Part shown: piece by piece, positions 50,243-58,794 of the stretch
How the letters are laid out: the number at the start of each line of letters is the position of its first letter
Position numbering within the stretch: position 1 is the stretch's first letter
IMG/VR virus record: IMGVR_UViG_3300023179_000075
From: an uncultured virus (IMG/VR IMGVR_UViG_3300023179_000075)
Taxonomy: Duplodnaviria > Heunggongvirae > Uroviricota > Caudoviricetes
DNA length: 64,000 nt
Direction: 5' to 3' (one strand)
Made by a program: the position numbers and the translations under genes
The notes under the pieces: model-generated
What the model was told of the DNA's origin: nothing
Databases searched by the model: none
Seen by the model: only the letters and a program-made list of their open reading frames with translations

Positions 50243-50443
50243 CTAGTCGAAATTATAATTTTGTTGTTCCCATTTACCCCTATCATTTAATGTTTCTACT
50301 GTGTAGTCGCCATTATATGCTCTGTTTTCTCTATTTGTAAGCCATACTCTAGTTTCACCATCATCAATTTTTAATTCGTCTCCATCCCAAGCTTGTTCAA
50401 TTGTGTCTAAGTACTGTAAATCGCGTTTTGAGTAATTATTCAT
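50243..50443 (-). CDS. Early hypothetical protein
   Basis: Start MNNYSK after the leader motif. Confidence 0.55.
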   Translation of the reverse strand: MNNYSKRDLQYLDTIEQAWDGDELKIDDGETRVWLTNRENRAYNGDYTVETLNDRGKWEQQNYNFD

Positions 50444-50498
50444 ATCTTTATATTTTTGGTTAATGTGAATGTACAACTATTACTTTGCCTAGTTTAAA

Positions 50499-50714
50499 TT
50501 ATCTATATAATGTAACAAATTCGCCGAAGTGTTTATCAAATACACTTACTAAATGCTCATAATCACCACTCATCATCTCTTTTTGAATAGCGTCTTTATC
50601 TAATCCTAATTGTTTAGCTAAGTTACTAGCTTTACCAATTAATACAAATGCATTACCATCTGGTCCTGTTAAATCGATTTCAATGCCTGATTTTTGTTTT
50701 TTACTCTTTATCAT
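50499..50714 (-). CDS. Conserved small phage protein
   Basis: IDLTGPDGNAFVLIG..MMSGDYEHL. Confidence 0.65.
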   Translation of the reverse strand: MIKSKKQKSGIEIDLTGPDGNAFVLIGKASNLAKQLGLDKDAIQKEMMSGDYEHLVSVFDKHFGEFVTLYR

Positions 50715-50750
50715 AACTTTAATTATTTGGTTTGAATGAATGTACAAACA

Positions 50751-51209
50751 TTATTTTGCCATTCTAATTATGTTGTTGTATATACTTATTCTGTTGGTGT
50801 TTAAGTGGTAATAAAATTCTATTAGTGTGCCGTCAAATTCTAACATTGCATCTTCTAGTTCTATCTCGCCTAATTTAAATTCTATTCTAAACGCTTTATA
50901 CATTTCTGATTTGATTTTTGCTTCGTCTTTTTCAAAATCATTTGCTAATCGTCGTTTGCGTTCGCCATATAATCCTCTTAGCTCATGTTGTTTATCTACA
51001 TTACGTTCTTTGGATATGGCTTCTTGTTCTAATTGACATTCGTACAACATCCACCAATGATAATCGCTTACTTCAAAGTCGCCGTTTTCAATTCGTGTTT
51101 GTAGTATTGTGTATGGGTGTTTTGTGTCACGCGACTTGAAGCGTCGCCACCAATAGTAGGGGTTATATTTCGTTGGTGTGTATTGTTTAATTCGTTCTTT
51201 TAATTCCAT
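50751..51209 (-). CDS. Hypothetical protein
   Basis: 152 aa, motif-led. Confidence 0.6.
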   Translation of the reverse strand: MELKERIKQYTPTKYNPYYWWRRFKSRDTKHPYTILQTRIENGDFEVSDYHWWMLYECQLEQEAISKERNVDKQHELRGLYGERKRRLANDFEKDEAKIKSEMYKAFRIEFKLGEIELEDAMLEFDGTLIEFYYHLNTNRISIYNNIIRMAK

Positions 51210-51289
51210 AACGTGAATATATGAATGTTATTTTGCCTTACAATGAATGGTGGCCGATGCATTTCTGCACCAGCCAACCAATAATAATT

Positions 51290-52078
51290 TTAAGCTAATT
51301 CATATTCCTTACCATCATATACACGCTTCATTTCATCTGATGTGATATTATTAACATCATTAACATGAACTGTTTTGCCTATTTTACCTGTTCCTAAATC
51401 AACTAATGCTACTGCACCTGATTCAGTTGCTAGTATATAAGCTTCACCTAATTCGTCAAGGTATGTGTTACCTGCTTTATGTGTTTCAAATAAATCAGGA
51501 TACATTGCTTGCACTTGTGATTTAATACTTGGAACAGCTTCACATAATGCTTTAATTTGTTCTACGTCGGTAATTGCGATTGCGTTGATCATAACTTTTG
51601 GGTTTTTTGGTTTTAAATGGTTAATTATTTTTTCTTCAGTGTGAATATACGATGGTTGTTTTGCCATCACTAAATCTTCTGAATTGTAGGAATTATAACT
51701 TCCATTATCCCATTTAACATAGATACCTAAATAGATATCTAAATATCCCTCCTCCATTTTAGATATCACTCCTTCTGTATCTCTAGGATTTCCATTACTA
51801 TTATATTTATAAAAATCTGATGTAGTAGCAATTTTTACTCTATCTCCTACTTTAAATCCATCTGTTAATATAGGAGCAGGACATAGGTAGTGGTGTGCTG
51901 TTTCTTCTTTAAATATCATATCCATACCTCTACCACTTGCTCTTGTCATTACAATATCACCATTACTGTAAGCTTTTAATATAAATCTTTGACCTTTACG
52001 AGCACGATCACCCATATGATCAGTAAAACCTTTGTAGCATTCATATACTACGTCGTGTTTGAATTTTTTGTCTTGCAT
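51290..52078 (-). CDS. Early protein with SH3-like domain; apparent fusion
   Basis: FKVGDRVKI..GVI..VKWDNG..Y...DL; internal promoter motif at 51641-51665 and ATG at 51592. Confidence 0.6.
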   Translation of the reverse strand: MQDKKFKHDVVYECYKGFTDHMGDRARKGQRFILKAYSNGDIVMTRASGRGMDMIFKEETAHHYLCPAPILTDGFKVGDRVKIATTSDFYKYNSNGNPRDTEGVISKMEEGYLDIYLGIYVKWDNGSYNSYNSEDLVMAKQPSYIHTEEKIINHLKPKNPKVMINAIAITDVEQIKALCEAVPSIKSQVQAMYPDLFETHKAGNTYLDELGEAYILATESGAVALVDLGTGKIGKTVHVNDVNNITSDEMKRVYDGKEYELA

Positions 52079-52115
52079 ATTTTATATTTATTTGGTTAAC
52101 GTAAATGTACGATTG

Positions 52116-52943
52116 TTATTCTGCCTCTTCATTATCTTCTTCATCGTCTTTAACTATCTTACCATAATATATTGAATCAGCATTTAATTGGTAACTAAAT
52201 TTAATACCTGCGTTTCCGTTTCTATTCTTACTGAATGTAATGTAAGTAGCTCCGCCGTTTTTCTCGCTTTCTCTTCTCATTTCACCCATTGCGTCAAACA
52301 AGTGTTTTAATTTATTACTACCTACAAATTCGCCTGCTTTAGTTACTTGTTGTATTGCAAGAAACGAGGTATATTTAACACATTCGTTTTCTCCCTTATT
52401 ATGTTTAACGCATATATCAACAAACCATGCCTCAGCAGTTTTTCTATCCCATCCATTATCATCACGTACACCATCGATTATTTCAGCTGCGCTATCTATT
52501 AATACACAATCCCATCCCATATTTAATACTTGTTCAATAGTATCTTTAGTATTAAATTTCATGTAATCAGCCATAAACAACGTTTGTACAATACCGAACT
52601 GTTTGAATCGTTCTGTATATTTAAACATTTGTTTACGTCCCATTTCGCCGCTTATAAACAAACATTTGCGACCATTGTTTTGAACTGATGCTAATAAATC
52701 TAATAGTACTGTTGTTTTACCTACTCCAGGATCGCCTATCATCATATAATTTGATGCACAAGGTAAACCACCTTCTTCAGATAATAATTCATCTATAGGT
52801 AAACCACTTTTCATTACTTCTAACATCTTAGAATCAATGTCTAATTTGTTTAAGGGTGTAATGTTTGAAAAATCAATTAATGATGGAACGTAAGTAACGT
52901 TTTGAATTTTTGCCGGACGGCCGCGTTTTTTTTCTTTTGTCAT
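52116..52943 (-). CDS. RadA/Sms-like RecA-family ATPase with N-terminal KRGRP
   Basis: GDPGVGKTT, FISGE, VLIDS, QVTKAGEFVG..LKHLFD, KNRNG. Confidence 0.85.
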   Translation of the reverse strand: MTKEKKRGRPAKIQNVTYVPSLIDFSNITPLNKLDIDSKMLEVMKSGLPIDELLSEEGGLPCASNYMMIGDPGVGKTTVLLDLLASVQNNGRKCLFISGEMGRKQMFKYTERFKQFGIVQTLFMADYMKFNTKDTIEQVLNMGWDCVLIDSAAEIIDGVRDDNGWDRKTAEAWFVDICVKHNKGENECVKYTSFLAIQQVTKAGEFVGSNKLKHLFDAMGEMRRESEKNGGATYITFSKNRNGNAGIKFSYQLNADSIYYGKIVKDDEEDNEEAE

Positions 52944-52990
52944 AACTTATTATTTTTTGGTTAACGTGAATGTACAATCAGTACTTTGCC

Positions 52991-53179
52991 TTACAAATGC
53001 TCTTCTAAATAAGCAATAAGTATTGCTTCTAAATCTTCATCTACTAATTGACCTTGATCATCAAACACGTCATAGTTCGTATAACCTATAACACCATCTT
53101 CTAATATGGTAATGGAATATTCTTCTCCATCATACTCAACATGAAATGTTGTTTCAGTTTGCATTAATTTTACACTCAT
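52991..53179 (-). CDS. Acidic early protein
   Basis: Motif-led ORF. Confidence 0.55.
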   Translation of the reverse strand: MSVKLMQTETTFHVEYDGEEYSITILEDGVIGYTNYDVFDDQGQLVDEDLEAILIAYLEEHL

Positions 53180-53262
53180 AACTTATTTATTTGGTTAACA
53201 TAAAGATAGCTAGGTAATTTTGCCTAGCCACTTTAGTGTTTGTATGTTGAGTGCTTATGTGT

Positions 53263-53433
53263 TTACTTAACCCACTCGTCCATTGCGTATTGAAATGCTT
53301 GTGCTGGGGTGATTGCGTCGTCTTCTCTCATTAATTTAAGAGCTGAATATATTACTTCTACTTCCAATCCACTATCCATTGCTTCATCTAATAACACACT
53401 AATTACTTTCATTTCTACTTGTGCTGATGCCAT
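53263..53433 (-). CDS. Small hypothetical protein (56 aa)
   Basis: Manual translation MASAQVEMKVISVLLDEAMDSGLEVE...EWVK. Confidence 0.55.
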   Translation of the reverse strand: MASAQVEMKVISVLLDEAMDSGLEVEVIYSALKLMREDDAITPAQAFQYAMDEWVK

Positions 53434-53460
53434 TTGTTTTTATTTTTTATAAATATTATA

Positions 53461-53766
53461 TTATTTTATAGAACGCCAAAACTGATACCATTTGCGTTTT
53501 TTAGTTGGTTGGCAAGCGCTAAACGGATTATCACTAAATGATACTGTACCTATATATTTTGATGAAAACATATTCAAAAATACCTCTTGATATTTGGATG
53601 GTATTTTACTAAAATCAGCTTTTATCTCTATATTTAATTCAATAGCACCATCATCAATTGTAAACAATTTCAATGAATTAAATGTTTGAAGCGATTGAGA
53701 TGATTGAATATTTAGATGTTGTCCATCTCCCATAAAAATATCATTTTCTTTTTTCTTTGGTGCCAT
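53461..53766 (-). CDS. Hypothetical protein
   Basis: Ends KKRKWYQFW. Confidence 0.55.
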   Translation of the reverse strand: MAPKKKENDIFMGDGQHLNIQSSQSLQTFNSLKLFTIDDGAIELNIEIKADFSKIPSKYQEVFLNMFSSKYIGTVSFSDNPFSACQPTKKRKWYQFWRSIK

Positions 53767-53779
53767 ATTTATTTTTTAC

Positions 53780-54316
53780 TTATCTATAATATAATCTATC
53801 ATTGTTATATTTGCTGACTCCACTATTCTTAATGTAATACAACAGCTTTGTGTTAGCTTGTATATTTTTTGCTTCCATTAGTATAGATTGACCTACTATA
53901 TCTGCAAATAAATCATTGGATTGTTCTACTTCATCAATAAAGGTTGGTACTTCACAATATGATGCTTCGCTATATTCAGATATAAACATACCTGTATAAA
54001 ATCCTTTTAAATAATACATATTAACAAATCGATCTGCATTACACCAAATGTATATGTTATTTTTCTTACTACCTAATGCTGCAACCATACTATGATCAAT
54101 TATCATTGCACTAGAACCAAAATTACCACAACTAAATAAACCACTTGGTGAACCGTGTCCTAACATAATTACTTGATCATGTTGTTCAATTAATTCTCTT
54201 ACTTCATCTTTAGTTTTACCTCCTGTAAGAACAGTTGCATCATCAAGATGTTGATATATAGGTTTTAGGAAATCTGTACTACGGTCATCAGGATGGATGA
54301 CTAATGTTTTTATCAT
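53780..54316 (-). CDS. Hypothetical protein, possible caspase/gingipain-fold (clan CD) peptidase
   Basis: VIMLGHGSP and IYIWCNA motifs. Confidence 0.45.
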   Translation of the reverse strand: MIKTLVIHPDDRSTDFLKPIYQHLDDATVLTGGKTKDEVRELIEQHDQVIMLGHGSPSGLFSCGNFGSSAMIIDHSMVAALGSKKNNIYIWCNADRFVNMYYLKGFYTGMFISEYSEASYCEVPTFIDEVEQSNDLFADIVGQSILMEAKNIQANTKLLYYIKNSGVSKYNNDRLYYR

Positions 54317-54374
54317 AACTTATTTATTTGGTTAACGTGAATATAAGGGGGAGGTTGTGCCTCCCCCATTTTAC

Positions 54375-55166
54375 TTATAGGTAAGTATCCGCTAATTCAA
54401 ATAACTCTTCATTTAACTTAATATCTTGTTGGAAGTTCTTAATTGATCTTGCCTTACGACTCTTACGTCCGTAACCATATCCACCATTAATAATCTTCTC
54501 TTGAACACGATTAAACACTGACCATAAATCATCTCCATTATCAGCATCTCTATCAACTCGTAACACTTCCATTATGTTAACGGTTTCTTTATTTCTTAAT
54601 GCTATTGCTTTAGTAGCAAATTCAATCATTGCTGTTTCACTTAGCTGAGTTGATTTAAATAGATTAATCTTAGCAACTAAACCTGGTAACTTAGCAATTA
54701 CTTCTCCAATTTTGGTTTGTAATGTTTCGAATGTATAATTCATATGGCGAATAGATACATTACTAAAATCAGCATCGCTAATTACTAATCCATTACTACA
54801 TACTAATCTGAAAATACCTACTCTAAAATTAAATGCTGCTTTGCCATCATGACTATTTGTTAATAGGATTTGTGGAAATGCATCATCACCACCTTTACCC
54901 TTAATCATAATATCCGGGTTACGGAATACAACAAGATGTTTTTGGAATCCTTTACCTTTACGCGCTTTAACTTCTTGCGCTTTGGTTACTTCCCATCCTA
55001 ATGCCATTAAATCCTCTACAACACGTGATGTTGGGGTTTGAATGTACTTGTCTGTTAAATGGGCTGCTTTGGTTTCTGTAAATACAGATGGAGCTACTAT
55101 TTTAATTTGCTCTAATGAGTAACTAGTGTTAGTCATCATTGATGTTGTGCTTAATTCGTTTGTCAT
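54375..55166 (-). CDS. DUF932/DUF945 family protein
   Basis: APSVF..KY..T, KHLVVFR, ILLTNSHDG...FRLVCSNGL, DLWSVFNRVQE. Confidence 0.85.
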   Translation of the reverse strand: MTNELSTTSMMTNTSYSLEQIKIVAPSVFTETKAAHLTDKYIQTPTSRVVEDLMALGWEVTKAQEVKARKGKGFQKHLVVFRNPDIMIKGKGGDDAFPQILLTNSHDGKAAFNFRVGIFRLVCSNGLVISDADFSNVSIRHMNYTFETLQTKIGEVIAKLPGLVAKINLFKSTQLSETAMIEFATKAIALRNKETVNIMEVLRVDRDADNGDDLWSVFNRVQEKIINGGYGYGRKSRKARSIKNFQQDIKLNEELFELADTYL

Positions 55167-55233
55167 AACTTATTTATTTGGTTTTTTAATTATTTAATAC
55201 GTTGAATGTACGAGTATTATTTTGCCTCCCAAA

Positions 55234-55428
55234 TTAGTTTAAAACGCCTAATTTGCCGTATATAATAGCTTCGCTATACATTTCCATTTCAAACTCATTG
55301 GTTGGGTAATACTGTTCACTAACAGCATCTACTAGTTGTTGGTTGTTAGTAACACCACTCAGTACCATTGATCTAACTAAATCTTCAATTAGAAGACATT
55401 TCATATCTAATTCAATATTATTTGTCAT
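55234..55428 (-). CDS. Early hypothetical protein
   Basis: Motif-led ORF. Confidence 0.55.
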   Translation of the reverse strand: MTNNIELDMKCLLIEDLVRSMVLSGVTNNQQLVDAVSEQYYPTNEFEMEMYSEAIIYGKLGVLN

Positions 55429-55458
55429 ACGTTTTTAATTTAGATGAATGTACGAATA

Positions 55459-55644
55459 TTATTGTGCCGCGTTTTTATCTTTTATTCGTTGTTTACGCTT
55501 TAGCCATTCGAACTGTTCTGCTAATGTAGTTAAGTCGTTGAAGTTACGTTCCATCAATGGGACATACTTTTTTGGCTTATTTAAAACTCTATCTAACTTT
55601 TTATCTACTTTTCCTTGCGCTTGATCTTTCGTTTGAATAGCCAT
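55459..55644 (-). CDS. Basic early protein
   Basis: Motif-led ORF. Confidence 0.55.
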   Translation of the reverse strand: MAIQTKDQAQGKVDKKLDRVLNKPKKYVPLMERNFNDLTTLAEQFEWLKRKQRIKDKNAAQ

Positions 55645-55683
55645 ATTTTATTTATTTTTTGGTTCGTAGTAAATGTATGACTT

Positions 55684-56316
55684 TTATTTTGCCTTAAACT
55701 TGAAGCCTGTTAATTTCTCAATAATAGCAACGGTTACTTCGTGTGATTTAAGTCCAGTAGGTTTATCAGGTGTATTGGAGAATAAAAAGGCCATATATTC
55801 ATTTGTTTTCTTAAAGTATAATACTTTCCAACATTCTTTTGGTACTGAGGTTGTACCTATTTTTCTAGCTTCTCCTACTGAGCCACACCATATATGAATT
55901 GAATCATCTTTAAGTGCATATTCACGTGTCATTGATTCTAATGCTTTCCAATCACCTCTATTCAATGAAGGGTATTGAGCAGTCATATTTGAAAAGTAAA
56001 ATGACTCTACCATCGACGTCTGATCACAGGCACCATCAGCAGCATTAAAGTTATGCCCACGATCCAATCCATTACCATCATAATCGCTTTGTATATTTGT
56101 TTCGTTTGGTAGCTGAGGATCAGCTACGAATTTATCTGTACGTTTTATTTTAACTTCACAATCTAACATTGCTCTAGTTAACCACCATTCTACCTTAACT
56201 GGGTAATGTTTTGATTTACTGAATGTAGTTCTATATGATTTGTGTACTAATGTAATAGTATCTTGTGCATTTGTATTAATACAAAACAACAATAACAGTG
56301 GTAGTAGGTATTTCAT
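55684..56316 (-). CDS. DNA/RNA non-specific endonuclease (NucA/EndoG type) with signal peptide
   Basis: DY..GLDRGH..A.D..SFYFSNMTAQ..LNRGDWKALE; N-terminal Sec signal. Confidence 0.9.
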   Translation of the reverse strand: MKYLLPLLLLFCINTNAQDTITLVHKSYRTTFSKSKHYPVKVEWWLTRAMLDCEVKIKRTDKFVADPQLPNETNIQSDYDGNGLDRGHNFNAADGACDQTSMVESFYFSNMTAQYPSLNRGDWKALESMTREYALKDDSIHIWCGSVGEARKIGTTSVPKECWKVLYFKKTNEYMAFLFSNTPDKPTGLKSHEVTVAIIEKLTGFKFKAK

Positions 56317-56411
56317 ACCTATAAATATATTACGTCAACACACTGTACAAAGACGCTATAATCAAACCAATACCAATTATTAAAATAAGAGCATTAGTTA
56401 ATTTATCGTTA

Positions 56412-56660
56412 TTATAATCCGCCATTGGCTGATATTAAAATTGCGTGATAATATTCTTCTCTAATTCGTCTAACAGCTGCATCAGCAGAACCAACGCCTG
56501 CTCTAAACATGTTATCTTCTGTAACGCTGTTTCGCTCATTAATTGCTGCTAATATTTCTTCAAACAATTCAAATCCAAAGTATGTATCATTTACTGATGT
56601 GTACTTATTAGAATTAGATTCCATTTCGGGGAATAAACTAAGTTGTGTTGTCATAACCAA
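56412..56660 (-). CDS. Hypothetical protein
   Basis: QLSLF motif near the N-terminus. Confidence 0.5.
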   Translation of the reverse strand: MVMTTQLSLFPEMESNSNKYTSVNDTYFGFELFEEILAAINERNSVTEDNMFRAGVGSADAAVRRIREEYYHAILISANGGL

Positions 56661-56839
56661 TTGTATTTTTCTGATGATCGAGGTTTAGTTTCAATGCGAA
56701 CGGATTGTTTTGGTTTACGTCCACGTAGTGATATTTTATCTTCACAAGTATCCCATCTTGTATCTTTAACTAATTTACGAAAGCGTTCTAATACTTTCTC
56801 TCTATATTCAAGATTTTCCTTTGGGTAAACTGGAGTCAT
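56651..56839 (-). CDS. Basic hypothetical protein
   Basis: 62 aa ORF in operon. Confidence 0.5.
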   Translation of the reverse strand: MTPVYPKENLEYREKVLERFRKLVKDTRWDTCEDKISLRGRKPKQSVRIETKPRSSEKYNWL

Positions 56840-56849
56840 AACTTATTAT

Positions 56850-57056
56850 TTAAATGTAATCTAAGATTAGTTCATTGCCAAAACACATATTCTTTAATGT
56901 TACGAATTTGCGTTCGTCATCTAGTGGTTTTGCTTCTTTATAATCACTACACCAAACTATCTCTCCACCATACATTAACCCAGCAAAATATTCTAAATCG
57001 GAGTTCATTACAATAAACCATTCTCGTTTAACGTCTTTTTGCTTTACTTTTTTCAT
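56850..57056 (-). CDS. Hypothetical protein
   Basis: 68 aa ORF. Confidence 0.5.
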   Translation of the reverse strand: MKKVKQKDVKREWFIVMNSDLEYFAGLMYGGEIVWCSDYKEAKPLDDERKFVTLKNMCFGNELILDYI

Positions 57057-57468
57057 AACATTTATTTTTGAGTGGATAATACCATTCGTATTTTATAAAG
57101 TTACGGAATTTAAAGTGCTCTTCCACATCTGCCTCCCATCTTCTTATATATTCTATTAATTCTAATATTTCTTTTGCATTTGGTTCTTTAGCTACATAGT
57201 TCATATGTTCATAAGTGGCTACTCCATCTACAAACCCAGTGAATATATCACCAGAATGGTCTTTATTATAAAATACTTTTATCTCTTCTAAGACACTATA
57301 CATTCCTTTATCTTGTAATTCACCATATGTAAGTCGAAATGATGGCATATCACATATCTCAAATACTTGAGAACGTTTTAATTCATTAGTAGGCCATTTA
57401 TAGCTTAGGTCAATTGTTGCTGCCCAAAACGTATACCAAACGGATGTACCCCATCTTGAATAACTCAT
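57028..57468 (-). CDS. Hypothetical protein
   Basis: MSYSRW..WY.FW start. Confidence 0.55.
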   Translation of the reverse strand: MSYSRWGTSVWYTFWAATIDLSYKWPTNELKRSQVFEICDMPSFRLTYGELQDKGMYSVLEEIKVFYNKDHSGDIFTGFVDGVATYEHMNYVAKEPNAKEILELIEYIRRWEADVEEHFKFRNFIKYEWYYPLKNKCYEKSKAKRR

Positions 57469-57680
57469 AATACTATTCCTTTAACTATTGTTTTACCCTC
57501 TGCTAAATCACTAGCAGCATCCTCATGTGTACCATAATACCAATCGGTATGAACATCTAGTGCTATGTCTTTAATTTCAGATACATTGGCATCATTGTAG
57601 CCACCTTCGTACCCATCAACAAAGATCCTCATTTCAGGATCAATCTGTTGTAATTTCTCAATTAGTTGTTTTGCTGTCAT
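57465..57680 (-). CDS. Small phage protein
   Basis: MTAKQLIEKLQQIDPEM..VDGYEGG. Confidence 0.6.
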   Translation of the reverse strand: MTAKQLIEKLQQIDPEMRIFVDGYEGGYNDANVSEIKDIALDVHTDWYYGTHEDAASDLAEGKTIVKGIVL

Positions 57681-58059
57681 GTTCTATAGTATAAAGTTCG
57701 TATTCGCTATTTTTCGTTTTAAATTTAATATAAGTTGCTGTGCTTTCCAAAACCTCTGTTACTTGAGTTGTCATCCATTTGAAATTACCCATAAAAAAAT
57801 CCAATACCATACTGCGTCCAACAGCTATAGTATCAAATTTATCTTTAAATGAGCTATCTTCATTCCATTCAATCCATTTTATATCATTACCCCTCTTACT
57901 TAATCCATCGTGACGTGTTATATAGTACTTAAATCCTTTTTTCATCCCACCATGCTCTATACAATATAGATCATCAGTTAGTCCTATAGAAATTATTCTA
58001 TTACATTTATGGCATAATGTAGCTCCGTTGCCTCCATTAAATTTGTGTATTGGTTTCAT
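57658..58059 (-). CDS. Hypothetical protein with Zn-ribbon N-terminus
   Basis: KFNGGNGATLCHKC..YC; FKTKNSEYEL. Confidence 0.55.
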   Translation of the reverse strand: MKPIHKFNGGNGATLCHKCNRIISIGLTDDLYCIEHGGMKKGFKYYITRHDGLSKRGNDIKWIEWNEDSSFKDKFDTIAVGRSMVLDFFMGNFKWMTTQVTEVLESTATYIKFKTKNSEYELYTIEHDSKTTN

Positions 58060-58063
58060 ATTA

Positions 58064-58336
58064 TTATTTTTGATTAAAGTCAACTATATAAACACTCACC
58101 CTTTCTTCATCTGGTGTTTGATAGGTTATAGTTCCTTCTAGTTCATTACTATTAGGATACTTACTATAATGAGATTCGTATTTAATTCTTATTCCTGAAT
58201 TGTTGTATTTTTCACCTACACCCATATAATCATCTACTAATTCTAATAGTCCTTCAAGTGTATTTGATGCCCCTATTGAGGAGTGAAAGTAATTGGTTTT
58301 ATCACTTTCACGGCATGCGTAGTAAATATAGTTCAT
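58064..58336 (-). CDS. Hypothetical protein
   Basis: 90 aa ORF. Confidence 0.5.
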   Translation of the reverse strand: MNYIYYACRESDKTNYFHSSIGASNTLEGLLELVDDYMGVGEKYNNSGIRIKYESHYSKYPNSNELEGTITYQTPDEERVSVYIVDFNQK

Positions 58337-58339
58337 ATA

Positions 58340-58549
58340 TTATTTATTAAATGTTTCATTATAATATTCTTCTGCTGTTTTATCCCCACTATACCGACCT
58401 TCCTTATATGAGGCCCAATAAGTATTTTCAATCTGCTTTTTTTCCATCTCAATATAATTATCTTTAAACATTTGCCAATGTATACTATCTGGATTTATAT
58501 CCTTCATTAACTCTATTCTAGCTAACGCTAGTTCCATTGCTGTTTTCAT
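58340..58549 (-). CDS. MKTAM-family small protein
   Basis: Paralogous to 58795..59052. Confidence 0.6.
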   Translation of the reverse strand: MKTAMELALARIELMKDINPDSIHWQMFKDNYIEMEKKQIENTYWASYKEGRYSGDKTAEEYYNETFNK

Positions 58550-58556
58550 AATTTAT

Positions 58557-58790
58557 TTATTTAACCATATCTAAATTAACATTATGATCCGACATTAGCT
58601 CACGAAGTTCATCTCTGATTTCTTGATATGCATTATACTTATCTTCAGGTAAATCATCAGCAGCATATTTAGTTTTAGCTCTTAAGGACTGATCTAAGTC
58701 CCACAACACATGCCAAAAATTAAGTCCATTTGTTGCTACTGTAAAGTCCTGCTTATCTTCAGGTAAGTCAAATTCTAATAATGCTTTCAT
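58557..58790 (-). CDS. Conserved small phage protein
   Basis: MKALLEFDLPED..WDLDQ.LR..KY. Confidence 0.6.
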   Translation of the reverse strand: MKALLEFDLPEDKQDFTVATNGLNFWHVLWDLDQSLRAKTKYAADDLPEDKYNAYQEIRDELRELMSDHNVNLDMVK

Positions 58791-58794
58791 AATT

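Larger units (their letters stand above)
44076..55693 (-). promoter_or_regulatory. Dispersed repeated promoter/leader motif, about 27 copies
   Basis: Minus-strand consensus GGCAAAA-N~9-GTACATTCAC(G/A)TTAACCAAATAAATAAA..ATG before most small genes, e.g. plus-strand 44790, 45181, 45331, 46583, 46841, 48171, 49751, 50456, 52091, 52957, 53191, 54328. Confidence 0.85.

Noticed and set aside
44889..50747. Track start codons giving N-termini such as MYIHINQ, MYIDINQ and MGGAEPRSYIHVNQ
   Set aside because: These are translations of the promoter/leader motif; real starts are the downstream ATGs.
44076..55693. Repeated motif as a CRISPR array or integron attC array
   Set aside because: Copies are degenerate, separated by whole genes of variable length and lack attC-type dyad ends; no cas operon or integrase is present in the window.
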